This document shows positions 41,524 through 52,955 of a DNA stretch of 64,000 nt, one piece after another. The DNA is from Anaeromyxobacteraceae bacterium (GTDB lineage Bacteria > Myxococcota > Myxococcia > Myxococcales > Anaeromyxobacteraceae), in assembly GCA_032654565.1 (NCBI GenBank), contig JAULAX010000015.1:512001-576000 (forward strand). The letters run 5' to 3'. Each line of letters starts with the position of its first letter. The stretch's first letter is position 1. The notes beneath the pieces are model-generated. The model was not told the DNA's origin. It saw only the letters and a program-made list of their open reading frames with translations, and searched no databases. The position numbers and the translations under genes were made by a program.

Positions 41524-43479
41524 TCACGCCGGTGGCAGCGGCGGCGGGCGGCCGATGGCCAGGGCGTCGGCCACCGCCCGCAGCACCTCCACCTCGCCCG
41601 CGGTGAGGACGCCGTCGGCGGCGGCGCTGGCCTCGCAGGCGCGCAGCACCCGGGCCCGGAGCTCGAAGGGGGTCGCCTCCAGCAGCGCCAGCACCTGGTC
41701 GAGCCGCTCGAACTTGAGCTCGCTGGCGGCGGGGAGGCGCCAGCTCCCTCCCAGCCCCAGGGCGGCGACGCCGGCGTCGAGCGCCGCCTGGGCCGCGGCC
41801 TCGTCGGCGGTGCCCACCCGGGCCAGCAGCCCGAGCAGCTCGCGGCACTCCACCGCCACCTGGTCCACGGTGAAGGCGCGCGGCCGGGCCGGGCGGCCGG
41901 AGGTGCCGAGCCGGGCCAGGCGGCGGGCCACCACCCGCAGGTAGACCCACTCGGTGACCGAGAGCCGGCCGTCGGCCTCGGCCAGCCTGCGCAGGTCGGC
42001 CTGCAGGGCGTCGCGCTGCGGCGCGGAGAGGGCGCCCAGCGCCGGCAGCGACAGGTCGAGCAGCGCCAGCCGGGCGGACCGGTCGACCGCGGCCAGGTGC
42101 GGCGCCAGCCGGGCCACCTCGCAGGCCTCCGGCCCGTCGCCGAGCAGGGCCAGCTGCCGGGCGCGGATCTCGGCGCGGGGGTCGAGCAGCACGGCGCAGC
42201 AGAGGGCGCGGGCGCCGAAGGGCTCGCGGGCGGCGGCGGCCAGCGCGGGCGGAAGCGCCTCGAGCAGGGTGACGGCGGCGGTGAGGCGGCGCCCGGCCGG
42301 AGGCGCGGTCGGCGGCGTGGCGGGGCGGGTGGAGGGCGCGGCCGGCGCGGCCCCGGCCAGCCCGGCCACCAGCGGCGGCACCGGCAGCGGGAGCGGAGAC
42401 CAGCCGTGCGGCGGCGCGGCGACGGCCGGCTCCGGCGCGGCGGCCGTGGGGAGGTCGGCCCGGACGAAGCTCGGCAGCGGCGTGGTCTCGCCGAGCGCCA
42501 GCAGCCGGCGGATGCGCGCCTCCGGCGGCGGGTGGTCGGCCAGCCAGCTGCGCACCCGGCCGTCGGCGAAGAGCAGGTGGCTGGCGTCCGGGGCCATGGG
42601 GCTGGCGAGGGTGGAGCCCCCGGCGACGATCTTGCCGAGCGCCCCGGCCAGCGCCGCCGGGTTGCGGGTGAACTGGGCCGAGGCGGCGTCGGCCAGGTAC
42701 TCGCGCTGCCGGGAGACCGCGGCGCGGATGAGCCGGGCGAAGAAGACGCCGATGGCCCCGGCCGCCAGGACCAGCAGGCCGATCAGGGCCACCTGCCCGC
42801 CGCCGCTCTTGTCGCGGCGGCTGCGGCTGGAGCTGCCCGCCTCCATCAGCACCCGCCCCACCAGCGCCAGCGCCGAGAGCCCGCCGGCCAGCGCCAGCAG
42901 CCGCAGGTTGAGCCGCATGTCGCCGTTCTGCACGTGGGAGAGCTCGTGGGCGATCACCCCCTGCAGCTCGTCGCGGGTGAGCCGGGTCAGGCAGCCCTCG
43001 GTGACCGCCACCACCGCCCGGTCCGGGGCGAAGCCGGCGGCGAAGGCGTTGATGCCCTCCTCGCCGCGCAGGATGTAGAGCGTCGGCACCGGCAGGCCGG
43101 CGGCGATCGACATCTCCTCCACGACGTTGCGGAGCCGCCGCTCCTCCTGGACCTCCGGCTGCAGCGCCAGCGGCTCGCCGCCCAGGGAGCGGGCCACCCC
43201 CTCGCCCCCGCCGCGGGCCAGCGACCAGAGGTGGTAGGCGGTGCCGGTCCCCACCACGATGGCGGTGAGGAAGAGCGAGCCGAGGAAGAGCTCCGGCCAC
43301 CAGAGCCCCTGGCCGGCGGAGGTGACGTCGGAGAAGGCCAGGGTGGCCAGGGTCCCGAGGTAGATGAAGGCGGCCACCCCGGGGAGGGCCAGCAGGTAGT
43401 AGAGCAGCAGCAGCGCCGTGCGCCGGCGGGCGCTGCGCTGCGCCTCGAAGAAGTCGAAGGTGGCCCGGACCACGGCCAT
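41524..43479 (-). CDS. M48-family (HtpX-like) Zn metalloprotease with C-terminal extension
   Basis: INAFAAG, AHELSH, SRQREYLADA, HPP..RI. Downstream of lemA. Confidence 0.92.
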   Translation of the reverse strand: MAVVRATFDFFEAQRSARRRTALLLLYYLLALPGVAAFIYLGTLATLAFSDVTSAGQGLWWPELFLGSLFLTAIVVGTGTAYHLWSLARGGGEGVARSLGGEPLALQPEVQEERRLRNVVEEMSIAAGLPVPTLYILRGEEGINAFAAGFAPDRAVVAVTEGCLTRLTRDELQGVIAHELSHVQNGDMRLNLRLLALAGGLSALALVGRVLMEAGSSSRSRRDKSGGGQVALIGLLVLAAGAIGVFFARLIRAAVSRQREYLADAASAQFTRNPAALAGALGKIVAGGSTLASPMAPDASHLLFADGRVRSWLADHPPPEARIRRLLALGETTPLPSFVRADLPTAAAPEPAVAAPPHGWSPLPLPVPPLVAGLAGAAPAAPSTRPATPPTAPPAGRRLTAAVTLLEALPPALAAAAREPFGARALCCAVLLDPRAEIRARQLALLGDGPEACEVARLAPHLAAVDRSARLALLDLSLPALGALSAPQRDALQADLRRLAEADGRLSVTEWVYLRVVARRLARLGTSGRPARPRAFTVDQVAVECRELLGLLARVGTADEAAAQAALDAGVAALGLGGSWRLPAASELKFERLDQVLALLEATPFELRARVLRACEASAAADGVLTAGEVEVLRAVADALAIGRPPPLPPA

Positions 43480-43498
43480 GGGGGAGTGGGCCCGGCGG

Positions 43499-44080
43499 CT
43501 AGAAGGAGACCTTGGTGGCTTCGCGCTCGGCGGCCACGGTGACCTCGAAGGGGGCGGCGGCGGCGAAGGAGCCGGCCAGCAGCATCCCCGGGAAGGTCTC
43601 GCGGGCGGTGTTGTAGGCCATGACCGCGTCGTTGAAGGCCTGGCGCGAGAAGGCGATGCGGTTCTCGGTGGAGGAGAGCTCCTCCATGAGCCGGGTCATG
43701 GTGACGTCGGCCTTGAGCGCCGGGTAGGCCTCGGCCACCGCCAGCAGGCGGGAGAGCGAGGCGCCCAGGGCGCCCTCGGCGCCGGCCAGGCCGCGCATGG
43801 CGGCGGGGTCGCCGGGCGAGGCGGCGGCGGCGGCGGTGGCGGTGACCGCGGCGTTGCGGGCCCGCACCACCGACTCCAGCGTCTCCCGCTCGTGCTTCAG
43901 GTAGGCCTTGGCGGTCTCCACCAGGTTGGGGATGAGGTCGTAGCGGCGCTTCAGCTGGACATCGATCTGGCTGAAGGCGTTCTTGCTGGCGTTGCGGAGC
44001 CGGACCAGGCCGTTGTACAGGCCGACGACGAAGACCACCGCCGCGACGAGCAGGGCGACGACGACGAGAAAGCCGATCAC
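43499..44080 (-). CDS. lemA: LemA family protein
   Basis: YNGLVRLRN, QIDVQLKRRYDLIPNLVET, EAYPALKA, TENRIAFSRQAFND. Confidence 0.95.
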   Translation of the reverse strand: MIGFLVVVALLVAAVVFVVGLYNGLVRLRNASKNAFSQIDVQLKRRYDLIPNLVETAKAYLKHERETLESVVRARNAAVTATAAAAASPGDPAAMRGLAGAEGALGASLSRLLAVAEAYPALKADVTMTRLMEELSSTENRIAFSRQAFNDAVMAYNTARETFPGMLLAGSFAAAAPFEVTVAAEREATKVSF

Positions 44081-44191
44081 GTTGGACCTCCTGGCGCCAG
44101 GCGCGAGGCGCGCCCCGGCCGAGGGAGGATGGCACGGCGCCGGGCCCGAGGCGAGCGCGCCGCCGCCCGGTCCGCTTCCCGGGAGGGGCGG

Positions 44192-44584
44192 TCAGCGGTA
44201 GTCGGTGAGCTTGCGGCGGGGGGCGCCGAGCTTCGGGTCGTGGCCCGCCTGGCAGCCGGCGCAGCGGGTGGCCCAGGGCATGAGCCGGAGCCGCTTCACC
44301 GGGATCTCCTCCTCGCACTCCTCGCAGAGGCCGAAGTCGTCGGGCCGGGCCGCCAGGCGGCGCAGCGCCCCGTCGAGGCGGGCCAGCTGGGCGGCCTGCC
44401 CCTCGTTCCGCTTCGAGGCCAGCACCTGCATCATCTCGGAGAGGGCCTGGGCGTCCTCGTCGGCGACGCCGGTGGTGGCCGGGTCGGCGCGGTTGGGCTC
44501 GATGCGGGCGGGGCCGGCAGCCAGCAGCTGCTGGCGCAGCGACAGCAGCAGGGCGCGGTGGCGGGCGGCGGCGGCCGGGGTCAC
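44192..44584 (-). CDS. TraR/DksA C4 zinc-finger protein
   Basis: DEDAQA coiled-coil tip, FGLCEECEEEIP.KRL..MPWATRCAGCQ. GTGA overlap with the HAD gene. Confidence 0.88.
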   Translation of the reverse strand: MTPAAAARHRALLLSLRQQLLAAGPARIEPNRADPATTGVADEDAQALSEMMQVLASKRNEGQAAQLARLDGALRRLAARPDDFGLCEECEEEIPVKRLRLMPWATRCAGCQAGHDPKLGAPRRKLTDYR

Positions 44585-45267
44585 GTCAGGCCGAGGGCGG
44601 CCGGCAGCGCCGCCAGCGTGGTCAGCTCGACGTCGGGGGGATCGCCGAGCCGCTCGCGCGGCACGCCGGAGCGGTTGCACCAGGCCACCCGCAGGCCGGC
44701 GGCCTTGGCCCCCCAGGCGTCCCAGCCGTTGGCGGTGACGAAGGCCAGCTCCAGCGGCCAGACCCCGAGCCGGTCGAGCGCCAGCTTGTAGACCGAGGGG
44801 TGGGGCTTGTAGACGCCCACCGACTCGACCGAGAGGGTCTCGTCGAGCAGGTCGTCGAGGCCGGCGCTGCGGACCGCGGCCGCCAGCATGCGCGGGGCGC
44901 CGTTGGAGAGGATGGCGGTCCTGAGGTGGGCGGCCTTGATCCGGGTGAGGGCCTCGCGGGCGTCGGCGCAGGGGCCGATGCGCTCGTAGGCCTCCATGAG
45001 CCGGCGGCGCAGGTCGGGGGTGGCGATGCGCAGGGCGTCGAGCGCGTAGTCGAGCGAGTCGCCGGTCACCTGCCAGAAGTCGGCGTGGCGCCCCATCAGC
45101 GCGCGCAGCCAGGTGTACTGGAGCTGCTTCTGGCGCCAGAGCTCGGCGAGCGGGCCGGCCTTGTCGCCCAGCAGGTCGCGGGAGCGCTCCGCGGCGCTGG
45201 CCACGTCGAAGAGGGTGCCGTAGGCGTCGAAGACGACGGCGCGAACGCCGGCCAGCGGTGCCGCCAT
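44581..45267 (-). CDS. Haloacid dehalogenase type II
   Basis: VFDAYGTLFDV, WRQKQLQYTW, ILSNG, YKPHPSVY, ANGWDAWGAK. Confidence 0.93.
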   Translation of the reverse strand: MAAPLAGVRAVVFDAYGTLFDVASAAERSRDLLGDKAGPLAELWRQKQLQYTWLRALMGRHADFWQVTGDSLDYALDALRIATPDLRRRLMEAYERIGPCADAREALTRIKAAHLRTAILSNGAPRMLAAAVRSAGLDDLLDETLSVESVGVYKPHPSVYKLALDRLGVWPLELAFVTANGWDAWGAKAAGLRVAWCNRSGVPRERLGDPPDVELTTLAALPAALGLT

Positions 45268-45453
45268 GAGTCGCCTCCAGGGGAGCGGTGGTGGAGCAGT
45301 CTACCCCGTCGGCGCGCGGACGGAAGGTCCGCGGTGATCGGCGGGGAGGTCGGCGGCCGACCCGGGGGTCCGGCCGGCACGCCCCACCATGGGCGCCGTC
45401 GATCCCGCCGTGATGGCGAGGGGTTGCGAGGCCGGCGCCAGGGAGGCGGCCGG

Positions 45454-45486
45454 CGACTTTCCAAGTCGATTCGAAGGGCGTACCGT
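45454..45486 (+). promoter_or_regulatory. Putative promoter/operator for the candidate sRNA
   Basis: TTTCCA-17 nt-TACCGT. Inverted repeat CGACTT-TCC-AAGTCG overlaps the -35. Confidence 0.35.
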
Positions 45487-45492
45487 TTTCCC

Positions 45493-45645
45493 AGTGGTCC
45501 CAACCACCCCGAGGAGGCCGCAGATAACCAACCCGAGGCAGCTGTTCACATCTGCGTAGCACCACCGGCGAGAGCCGGACCCGCGCCCGAGCACAGGCGC
45601 CCAATGTGGTGGAGAAGAGGCCCCCGACACGGGCCTCTTCTCGTG
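45493..45645 (+). ncRNA. Candidate structured small RNA, family not recognised
   Basis: Consecutive stems GTGGT/ACCAC, CGCAGAT/ATCTGCG, and CACCA/TGGTG enclosing CCGGC-GAGA-GCCGG and GCGCC/GGCGC, then a 12-bp hairpin. No credible ORF. Strand inferred from the GNRA loop and promoter. Confidence 0.55.
45612..45642. terminator. Perfect 12-bp hairpin after the fadH stop / at the end of the candidate sRNA
   Basis: GAGAAGAGGCCC-CCGACAC-GGGCCTCTTCTC. Confidence 0.75.
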
Positions 45646-45655
45646 TCCGGGCCCC

Positions 45656-47740
<2,085 letters not shown>

Positions 47741-47917
47741 CTACTGGACAACGAGGTGAACTACAGTCCGCGCTGCCAGACCGGCGGCCGGATCCTCTCC
47801 GACCGGTCGCTGGCCCGCCTGCTCAAGGCCGACTGGCCGCGGACCATCGAGGCGCTGGAGCAGCACCCGGTCCTGTCGAAGCCGCGGGAGCCCCGGAGAC
47901 CCGGGGGCGCGAGATGA
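47741..47917 (+). pseudogene. C-terminal remnant of an Fpg/Nei-family DNA glycosylase
   Basis: [38 protein letters not shown] matches the zinc-finger tail of one Fpg/Nei subfamily. First Cys position is Ser; no start codon or RBS. Confidence 0.7.
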
Positions 47918-48255
47918 GTGGAAAGCAGACCTTCGGCCTCAAGCGAATCGCGTCACTAGCCAACGCTGCCGGCGGCGAGCTGGAAGCCGCTGCCCGTGGC
48001 ATCAACGGGATCGGCCGGGGCGCGAAGAGGCCGTCACTGTTGGGTTTGGGAGCGATTTGTGCTTGACGCCTTCGGCCGCGATTTCACGTTCCGCGAACGA
48101 AGTCGCGCGAGAATGCCCTCCAGGCGCGCGCCGTGGCTTGCCGGCGAGCGCGCGGCGCGAGCGGTAGGTCCGCGAGGCCGGCGACGGATTGCGTTGCCCT
48201 GGAGCCGAATACGCGCGTTGGGCGAGGGCCGAAAATGTCGTGAGACGATTGGCGC

Positions 48256-49485
48256 ATGAACACCAACGCGCACCTGACCCCATCCTCGGCCGCGGTTTCG
48301 GCTCACGCAGCGGCCAGCCTCCCCCTCGAACTTCGTGAAGCCCGCCAGGCCCGGGACACCCTCGCCACCCTGCTCGGGCGCGAGCAGTCCGCGATGGCCG
48401 AATTCCTGCTGGCCCTTTCCGACTTCGATCGGCGCCGCGGCTGGGAGCTGCTCGGGCACGCCTCGCTGTTCGCGTTCCTGCGGCATGGGCTGGGGCTCCC
48501 AAACGGCCCCGCCTTCTATCGGATGAGCGCGGTCCGGCTCCTCCACCGCTTCCCCGAGATCATCGGGCCCCTCCGGGACGGCCGCCTGTGCCTGACCACG
48601 GTGGCTGAGCTGGCCAAGGTGCTCACCGACGAGAACCGGGCCGAAGTGCTGCCACGTTTCTTCCGAATCTCCACCCGAGATGCCCAGGAACTGGTGGCTG
48701 AGCTGATGCCCCGATCATCGCCGCCGATGAAGACGGTGGTGACGGCCGTGGAGCGGGGCGTGGTCAAGCCGGCGCCGCCGCTGGCGCTGGTGGAACCGGC
48801 CGAGACGACGGCCGACACCCAGCGGCCGCTCGCAGCGCTGACCAGCTCACTTCTGGCGCCAGAAGTGGCGCCAGCCAACCCGGCGCGGGGGGTGGATCAC
48901 CACAGGGAAGTCGAGCCGCTCACGGCCGAGCTGACCCGGCTCCACCTCACGGTGAGCCGCCGGCTGGTGAAGAAGCTCGACGTCGCCCGCGAAGGGCTCG
49001 CGCACGCCATTCCCTGCGCCACGACCGAGCAGGTGCTGGAGGCCGCGCTGGACCTGCTCCTCGAGAAGCAGGCCAAGGCGCGCGGCCAGGTGAAGCGGCC
49101 GCGCAAGACCACCGCGACCGCGACCGTGGCCTCCTCCTCGACCTCGACCACGCCGCGGAACTCGTTCCCGACCCGGCGCGAGCCGCTCTACAGCCGCAAG
49201 GGGCCACGTGGGCACATCCCGGCCGGCCTCCGCCGCGCCGTCTGGGAGCGCGACCAAGGTAGGTGCGTCTGGCCGCTCGACGGCGGGGGCGTATGTGGCT
49301 CGACGCACCGGCTCGAGTTCGACCACCGCGTCCCGCGCGGCCTCAACGGCGAGACCGAGGAGGACAATCTTCGCCTGCTCTGCGAGCGTCACAACAAGCT
49401 GGCGGCGCGGCTCGCGTTCGGAGAGCGATGGATGGGGCGTTACGTCGGTGCGCGAGCGGGGCCGACTGGCCCTTCATCGGGCTGA
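48256..49485 (+). CDS. HNH endonuclease domain protein
   Basis: C-terminal IPAGLRRAVWERDQGRC..CGS..RLEFDHRVP...G.....NLRLLCERHN. N-terminal helical domain. Confidence 0.88.
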   Translation: MNTNAHLTPSSAAVSAHAAASLPLELREARQARDTLATLLGREQSAMAEFLLALSDFDRRRGWELLGHASLFAFLRHGLGLPNGPAFYRMSAVRLLHRFPEIIGPLRDGRLCLTTVAELAKVLTDENRAEVLPRFFRISTRDAQELVAELMPRSSPPMKTVVTAVERGVVKPAPPLALVEPAETTADTQRPLAALTSSLLAPEVAPANPARGVDHHREVEPLTAELTRLHLTVSRRLVKKLDVAREGLAHAIPCATTEQVLEAALDLLLEKQAKARGQVKRPRKTTATATVASSSTSTTPRNSFPTRREPLYSRKGPRGHIPAGLRRAVWERDQGRCVWPLDGGGVCGSTHRLEFDHRVPRGLNGETEEDNLRLLCERHNKLAARLAFGERWMGRYVGARAGPTGPSSG

Positions 49486-50493
49486 CGTGGCCATGACAGC
49501 GCGCAGCGCTTCGGCCAGCGCCTCGGGGTCATCGACGCGGAGGCCGAGGACCTCGGCCCGACGGCGCAAGCCGAAGAGGCCGGCCACCTCCACCGGCGCT
49601 GTGAGGTGGACGTAGAGCAGGGGTGGGCCGATCGGGGAGAGCCGCAGCGCGCGGGCGTGGCCGCGCGCATCCGTGCCGAGGCAGACGGCCCGGACCGCCG
49701 CCAGCGGCACGCTCACTCGCCAGCGCAGCCCCACGCGGACCACCAGCGTGTCGGCCGAGAGCAGCACAGGCCGCAGCACCACGGCGCGGAAGTCGCCCAC
49801 CAGCCAGACCATGCCGTAGAGCCCCACCGCGGTGGCGACCCAGGCCCAGCGCGTGCTCCACTGGGCCACCAGCAGGTGGGTGCCAATGAGCTCGCCGACG
49901 CCAGCCATGGCGATAGCCACCACCACCGCGCCGAAACCGGACCGGCGGTGGATGGTGAAGGCGCGCCATCCTTCAGGAGCGTCCGGGGCACGGCGCCACG
50001 ACGCCAGCGCCAGCCAGAGGATGGCCGCCTCGGTGGCCAGCGCCTCCACGACGCGTGAAGGTCCCAGCGCCTCGCGGGCCGCCTCGCGCAGGGCGTCCTC
50101 GGGCGGCAGCCCGCGGCCCGTGGCGCGCCAGGCCCGCGCCAGCCGGGCCGCCCTCCACGCCAGCACGCCCAGGAAGGCCGCCTCGCCGAGCCCCGCCAGC
50201 GCCAGCAGCCAGGGGCGTGATCCGCTGGCCAGCAGGCGGCCCGCCATGGCGGCTCCGGTGGCAAAGACGGCCGCCAGCGTGACGGCGCCCGACGCGCCGG
50301 TCCTCACCAGCGTGAACCAGCAGAGGAGGGTGGCGGTGACGGTGAGATCGAAGGCCACCGCGGTCGCCAACGCGTCGGGGTGGCGGGCGAACGCGCCGGA
50401 GTGGAGGGCCTGCCAGGACGCCCAGAGAAGCAGGGCGATTCCCGCCAGGAAGGCGGGGTAGGGGTGACGGTGCACCGTGGTCACGCCAGCCAT
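49474..50493 (-). CDS. Hypothetical multi-pass membrane protein
   Basis: 6-7 hydrophobic segments and a soluble C-terminal domain (VRVGLRW..LRVDDPEAL). Confidence 0.7.
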   Translation of the reverse strand: MAGVTTVHRHPYPAFLAGIALLLWASWQALHSGAFARHPDALATAVAFDLTVTATLLCWFTLVRTGASGAVTLAAVFATGAAMAGRLLASGSRPWLLALAGLGEAAFLGVLAWRAARLARAWRATGRGLPPEDALREAAREALGPSRVVEALATEAAILWLALASWRRAPDAPEGWRAFTIHRRSGFGAVVVAIAMAGVGELIGTHLLVAQWSTRWAWVATAVGLYGMVWLVGDFRAVVLRPVLLSADTLVVRVGLRWRVSVPLAAVRAVCLGTDARGHARALRLSPIGPPLLYVHLTAPVEVAGLFGLRRRAEVLGLRVDDPEALAEALRAVMATSAR

Positions 50494-50544
50494 CGTACCC
50501 AAACTTCGCCCCGCTTCGCCGGACTTGTGCTCTGCTCCTCAGCC

Positions 50545-51642
50545 ATGCGGAGCGAGGAGATCAGGACGCAGCGCGAGCGCCACGGCCGCAAGGCGGTGGC
50601 GGTGCTCCCCATCCACTACCCGAAGGCGCTGCTCACCGGGCTCGACCTGCTGGCGGTGGAGCTCTGGGGGCCGCCCGGCCCGCCGCGCGGCGACCAGGCC
50701 GGGCGCATCCAGGCCTACGTCTGCGCGGTGGTCCGCAACGCCCTGGCCTTCCTGGCCGGCGGCCACGCCGACGCCGTCGACGGCGTCCTCTTCCCCCACA
50801 CCTGCGACTCGCTCCAGCAGCTGGCCACGCTGGCCACCGATCTCGGCGGCTGGAAGAAGCCGGCCTTCACCTTCCTCCACCCGCGCGGCCCCGACCGGCC
50901 CAGCGCCCGACGCTTCCTGGAGGCGGAGCTGCGCCGGCTGGCCGGGACGCTGGAGGCGCTGGCCGGCCGCCCCCTCACCGACGAGCGGCTGGCGGCGGCG
51001 CTGGCGCTCCACGCCGAGGTGGACGCGGCGCGGGCGGCGCTGCTCGAGGCCCGGGCCCGGCTGCCCATGGACGACACCCGGCTCTACGCGCTGCTGCGGC
51101 GCGGCGAGTGGCGCTGGCCGGCCGACCACCTCATCGAGCTGCGCGCGGCGCTGGCCACGCTGGCCGACCGGCCGGTGCAGCGGGGCCTGCCCATCCTGGT
51201 GACCGGCTACGTGCCGGAGCCGGCGGCGCTGCTCGGCACGCTCAACCAGGCCGGCGCCTACCTGGCCGCCGACGACTACGCGGCGGTGGGGCGGCGGGTG
51301 GTCCGGGCCGCGCCGGCCCCGTCGGCCGACCCCTGGAAGACCCTGGTGGACCTGCACTTCGCCGCGCCCCCCTGCCCCACCCGCGCCGCCGACACCGCCC
51401 CGCGCATGGCCCACCTGGCCGGGCTGGCGGAGCGGAGCGGGGCCCGCGGCGTGCTGGTCCACGTGCAGAAGTTCTGCGAGCCGGAGCTCTTCGACGTGCC
51501 GGTGATCCGCGAGACCTTCGCGGCCCGCGGCCTGCCGGTGCTGGTGCTGGAGGGGGAGCTGGAGGGGACGCTCTCCGGCCAGGCGGTGACCCGGCTGGAG
51601 GCCTTCGTGGAGCTGCTGGGTGCGGCCGGGAGGGCGGCGTGA
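50545..51642 (+). CDS. 2-hydroxyacyl-CoA dehydratase / benzoyl-CoA reductase family subunit (HgdB/BcrC-like)
   Basis: IQAYVCAVV, FPHTCDSLQ, QKFCEPELFD, TRLEAFVE. Confidence 0.88.
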   Translation: MRSEEIRTQRERHGRKAVAVLPIHYPKALLTGLDLLAVELWGPPGPPRGDQAGRIQAYVCAVVRNALAFLAGGHADAVDGVLFPHTCDSLQQLATLATDLGGWKKPAFTFLHPRGPDRPSARRFLEAELRRLAGTLEALAGRPLTDERLAAALALHAEVDAARAALLEARARLPMDDTRLYALLRRGEWRWPADHLIELRAALATLADRPVQRGLPILVTGYVPEPAALLGTLNQAGAYLAADDYAAVGRRVVRAAPAPSADPWKTLVDLHFAAPPCPTRAADTAPRMAHLAGLAERSGARGVLVHVQKFCEPELFDVPVIRETFAARGLPVLVLEGELEGTLSGQAVTRLEAFVELLGAAGRAA

Positions 51643-52955
51643 TCTGGCGGCGCGCCCAGTACGAGGTGGCGGGGCGGGTGGCCTTCCCCATGCTCACCGC
51701 GCTCGAGGGGTGGCAGCGCCGGCTCAAGGGCTCGCGCCGCAGGCCGGGGGGCGGGCCGTTCGGGCCGCCGCTGGAGTCGGTGGGCAAGCTCAAGGAGCTG
51801 ATGAGCCACCACTACTTCCAGGGGCGCTACGCCGACGGCGCCGTCCCGGTGGCCTGGGTGAGCAGCGGCTTCCCGGTGGAGATCCTGCGGGCCGCCGGCT
51901 TCCACACCGTCTACCCGGAGAACCACGCCGCGCTCTGCGGCGTCTCCCGCCTGACGCCGGAGTACTCCGACGTGGCCGAGGCCCGCGGCTACTCGCGCGA
52001 CCTGTGCAGCTACGTGCGCACCGACCTCGGCAGCCTGCTCTCGGGGAAGACGCCGGTGGGGCGGCTGCCGCGCCCGCAGCTGCTGGCCTGCTGCACCAAC
52101 ATCTGCCAGACCGTCCTCTACTGGTACCGGGAGCTGGCCCGCCACCTCGACGTGCCGCTGGTGCTCGTCGACACGCCCTTCGTCCACGGCGCCGCCTCGC
52201 CGCACCAGCTGGCCTACGTGGAGGAGCAGCTCGAGGAGCTCTGCCTGGTGGCGGGGCGGGTGAGCGGCCGGGGGCTCGACGCCGGGCGGCTGGCCGAGGT
52301 GACCCGCACCGCGCAGGAGGGCTCGCGCCTCTGGGGCGAGTGCCTGGCCGCCAGCCGGGCCCGGCCCGCCCCCTGGACCGGCATCGACGGCTTCTTCCAC
52401 ATCGCCCCCATCGTCACGCTGCGCGGCAGCGAGGCCTGCAACGACTACTACCGGCTGCTGCGCGACGAGCTGAACGACCGGGTGGCGCGCGGCGTGGGCG
52501 GCTTGAAGGAGGAGAGGCACCGGCTGCTCTGGGACAACCTGCCGGTCTGGTTCGCGGTGCGCCGCTTCTCGACGCTGCTGGCCGAGCGCGGCTTCAACTT
52601 CGTCTCCACCAGCTACACCAACGCCTGGGCCGAGGCCGGGGTGGGGATCGATCCCTCCGATCCGGTCGGCTCGGCGGCGCGGACCTACACCCACATCATC
52701 CTCAACCAGGACCTGCCCAACCGCCACGGCATCCTGCGCCGGCTCTCCCGCGACTACGGCGTGGACGGCGCCATCCTCCACAGCGACCGCTCCTGCAAGC
52801 CCTACTCGATCGGCCAGGTGGACCTGCGCGAGCGGCTGGCGGCCGAGCTGGGGATCCGGGTGCTGCTGCTGGAGGCGGACCACAACGACCCGCGCTCCTG
52901 GGCGGCCGAGCCGGGCGAGAACCGGCTGGCGGCCTTCATGGAGGGGTTCGAGTGA
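51639..52955 (+). CDS. 2-hydroxyacyl-CoA dehydratase family subunit (HgdA/BcrB-like)
   Basis: YPENHAA, GYSRDLCSY, CTNICQTV, HSDRSCKPYS, EADHND..RLAAFME. GTGA coupling. Confidence 0.9.
   Translation: MIWRRAQYEVAGRVAFPMLTALEGWQRRLKGSRRRPGGGPFGPPLESVGKLKELMSHHYFQGRYADGAVPVAWVSSGFPVEILRAAGFHTVYPENHAALCGVSRLTPEYSDVAEARGYSRDLCSYVRTDLGSLLSGKTPVGRLPRPQLLACCTNICQTVLYWYRELARHLDVPLVLVDTPFVHGAASPHQLAYVEEQLEELCLVAGRVSGRGLDAGRLAEVTRTAQEGSRLWGECLAASRARPAPWTGIDGFFHIAPIVTLRGSEACNDYYRLLRDELNDRVARGVGGLKEERHRLLWDNLPVWFAVRRFSTLLAERGFNFVSTSYTNAWAEAGVGIDPSDPVGSAARTYTHIILNQDLPNRHGILRRLSRDYGVDGAILHSDRSCKPYSIGQVDLRERLAAELGIRVLLLEADHNDPRSWAAEPGENRLAAFMEGFE

Noticed and set aside
45493..45645. tRNA, c-di-GMP riboswitch or retron msr-msd identity for the structured RNA
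   Set aside because: No T-loop/anticodon cloverleaf, no GEMM consensus beyond a GNRA hairpin, no downstream plus-strand gene and no reverse transcriptase nearby.
47914..48066. 50-aa [14 protein letters not shown]...
   Set aside because: No recognisable motif and weak codon bias. Mentioned only as context for the fpg remnant.
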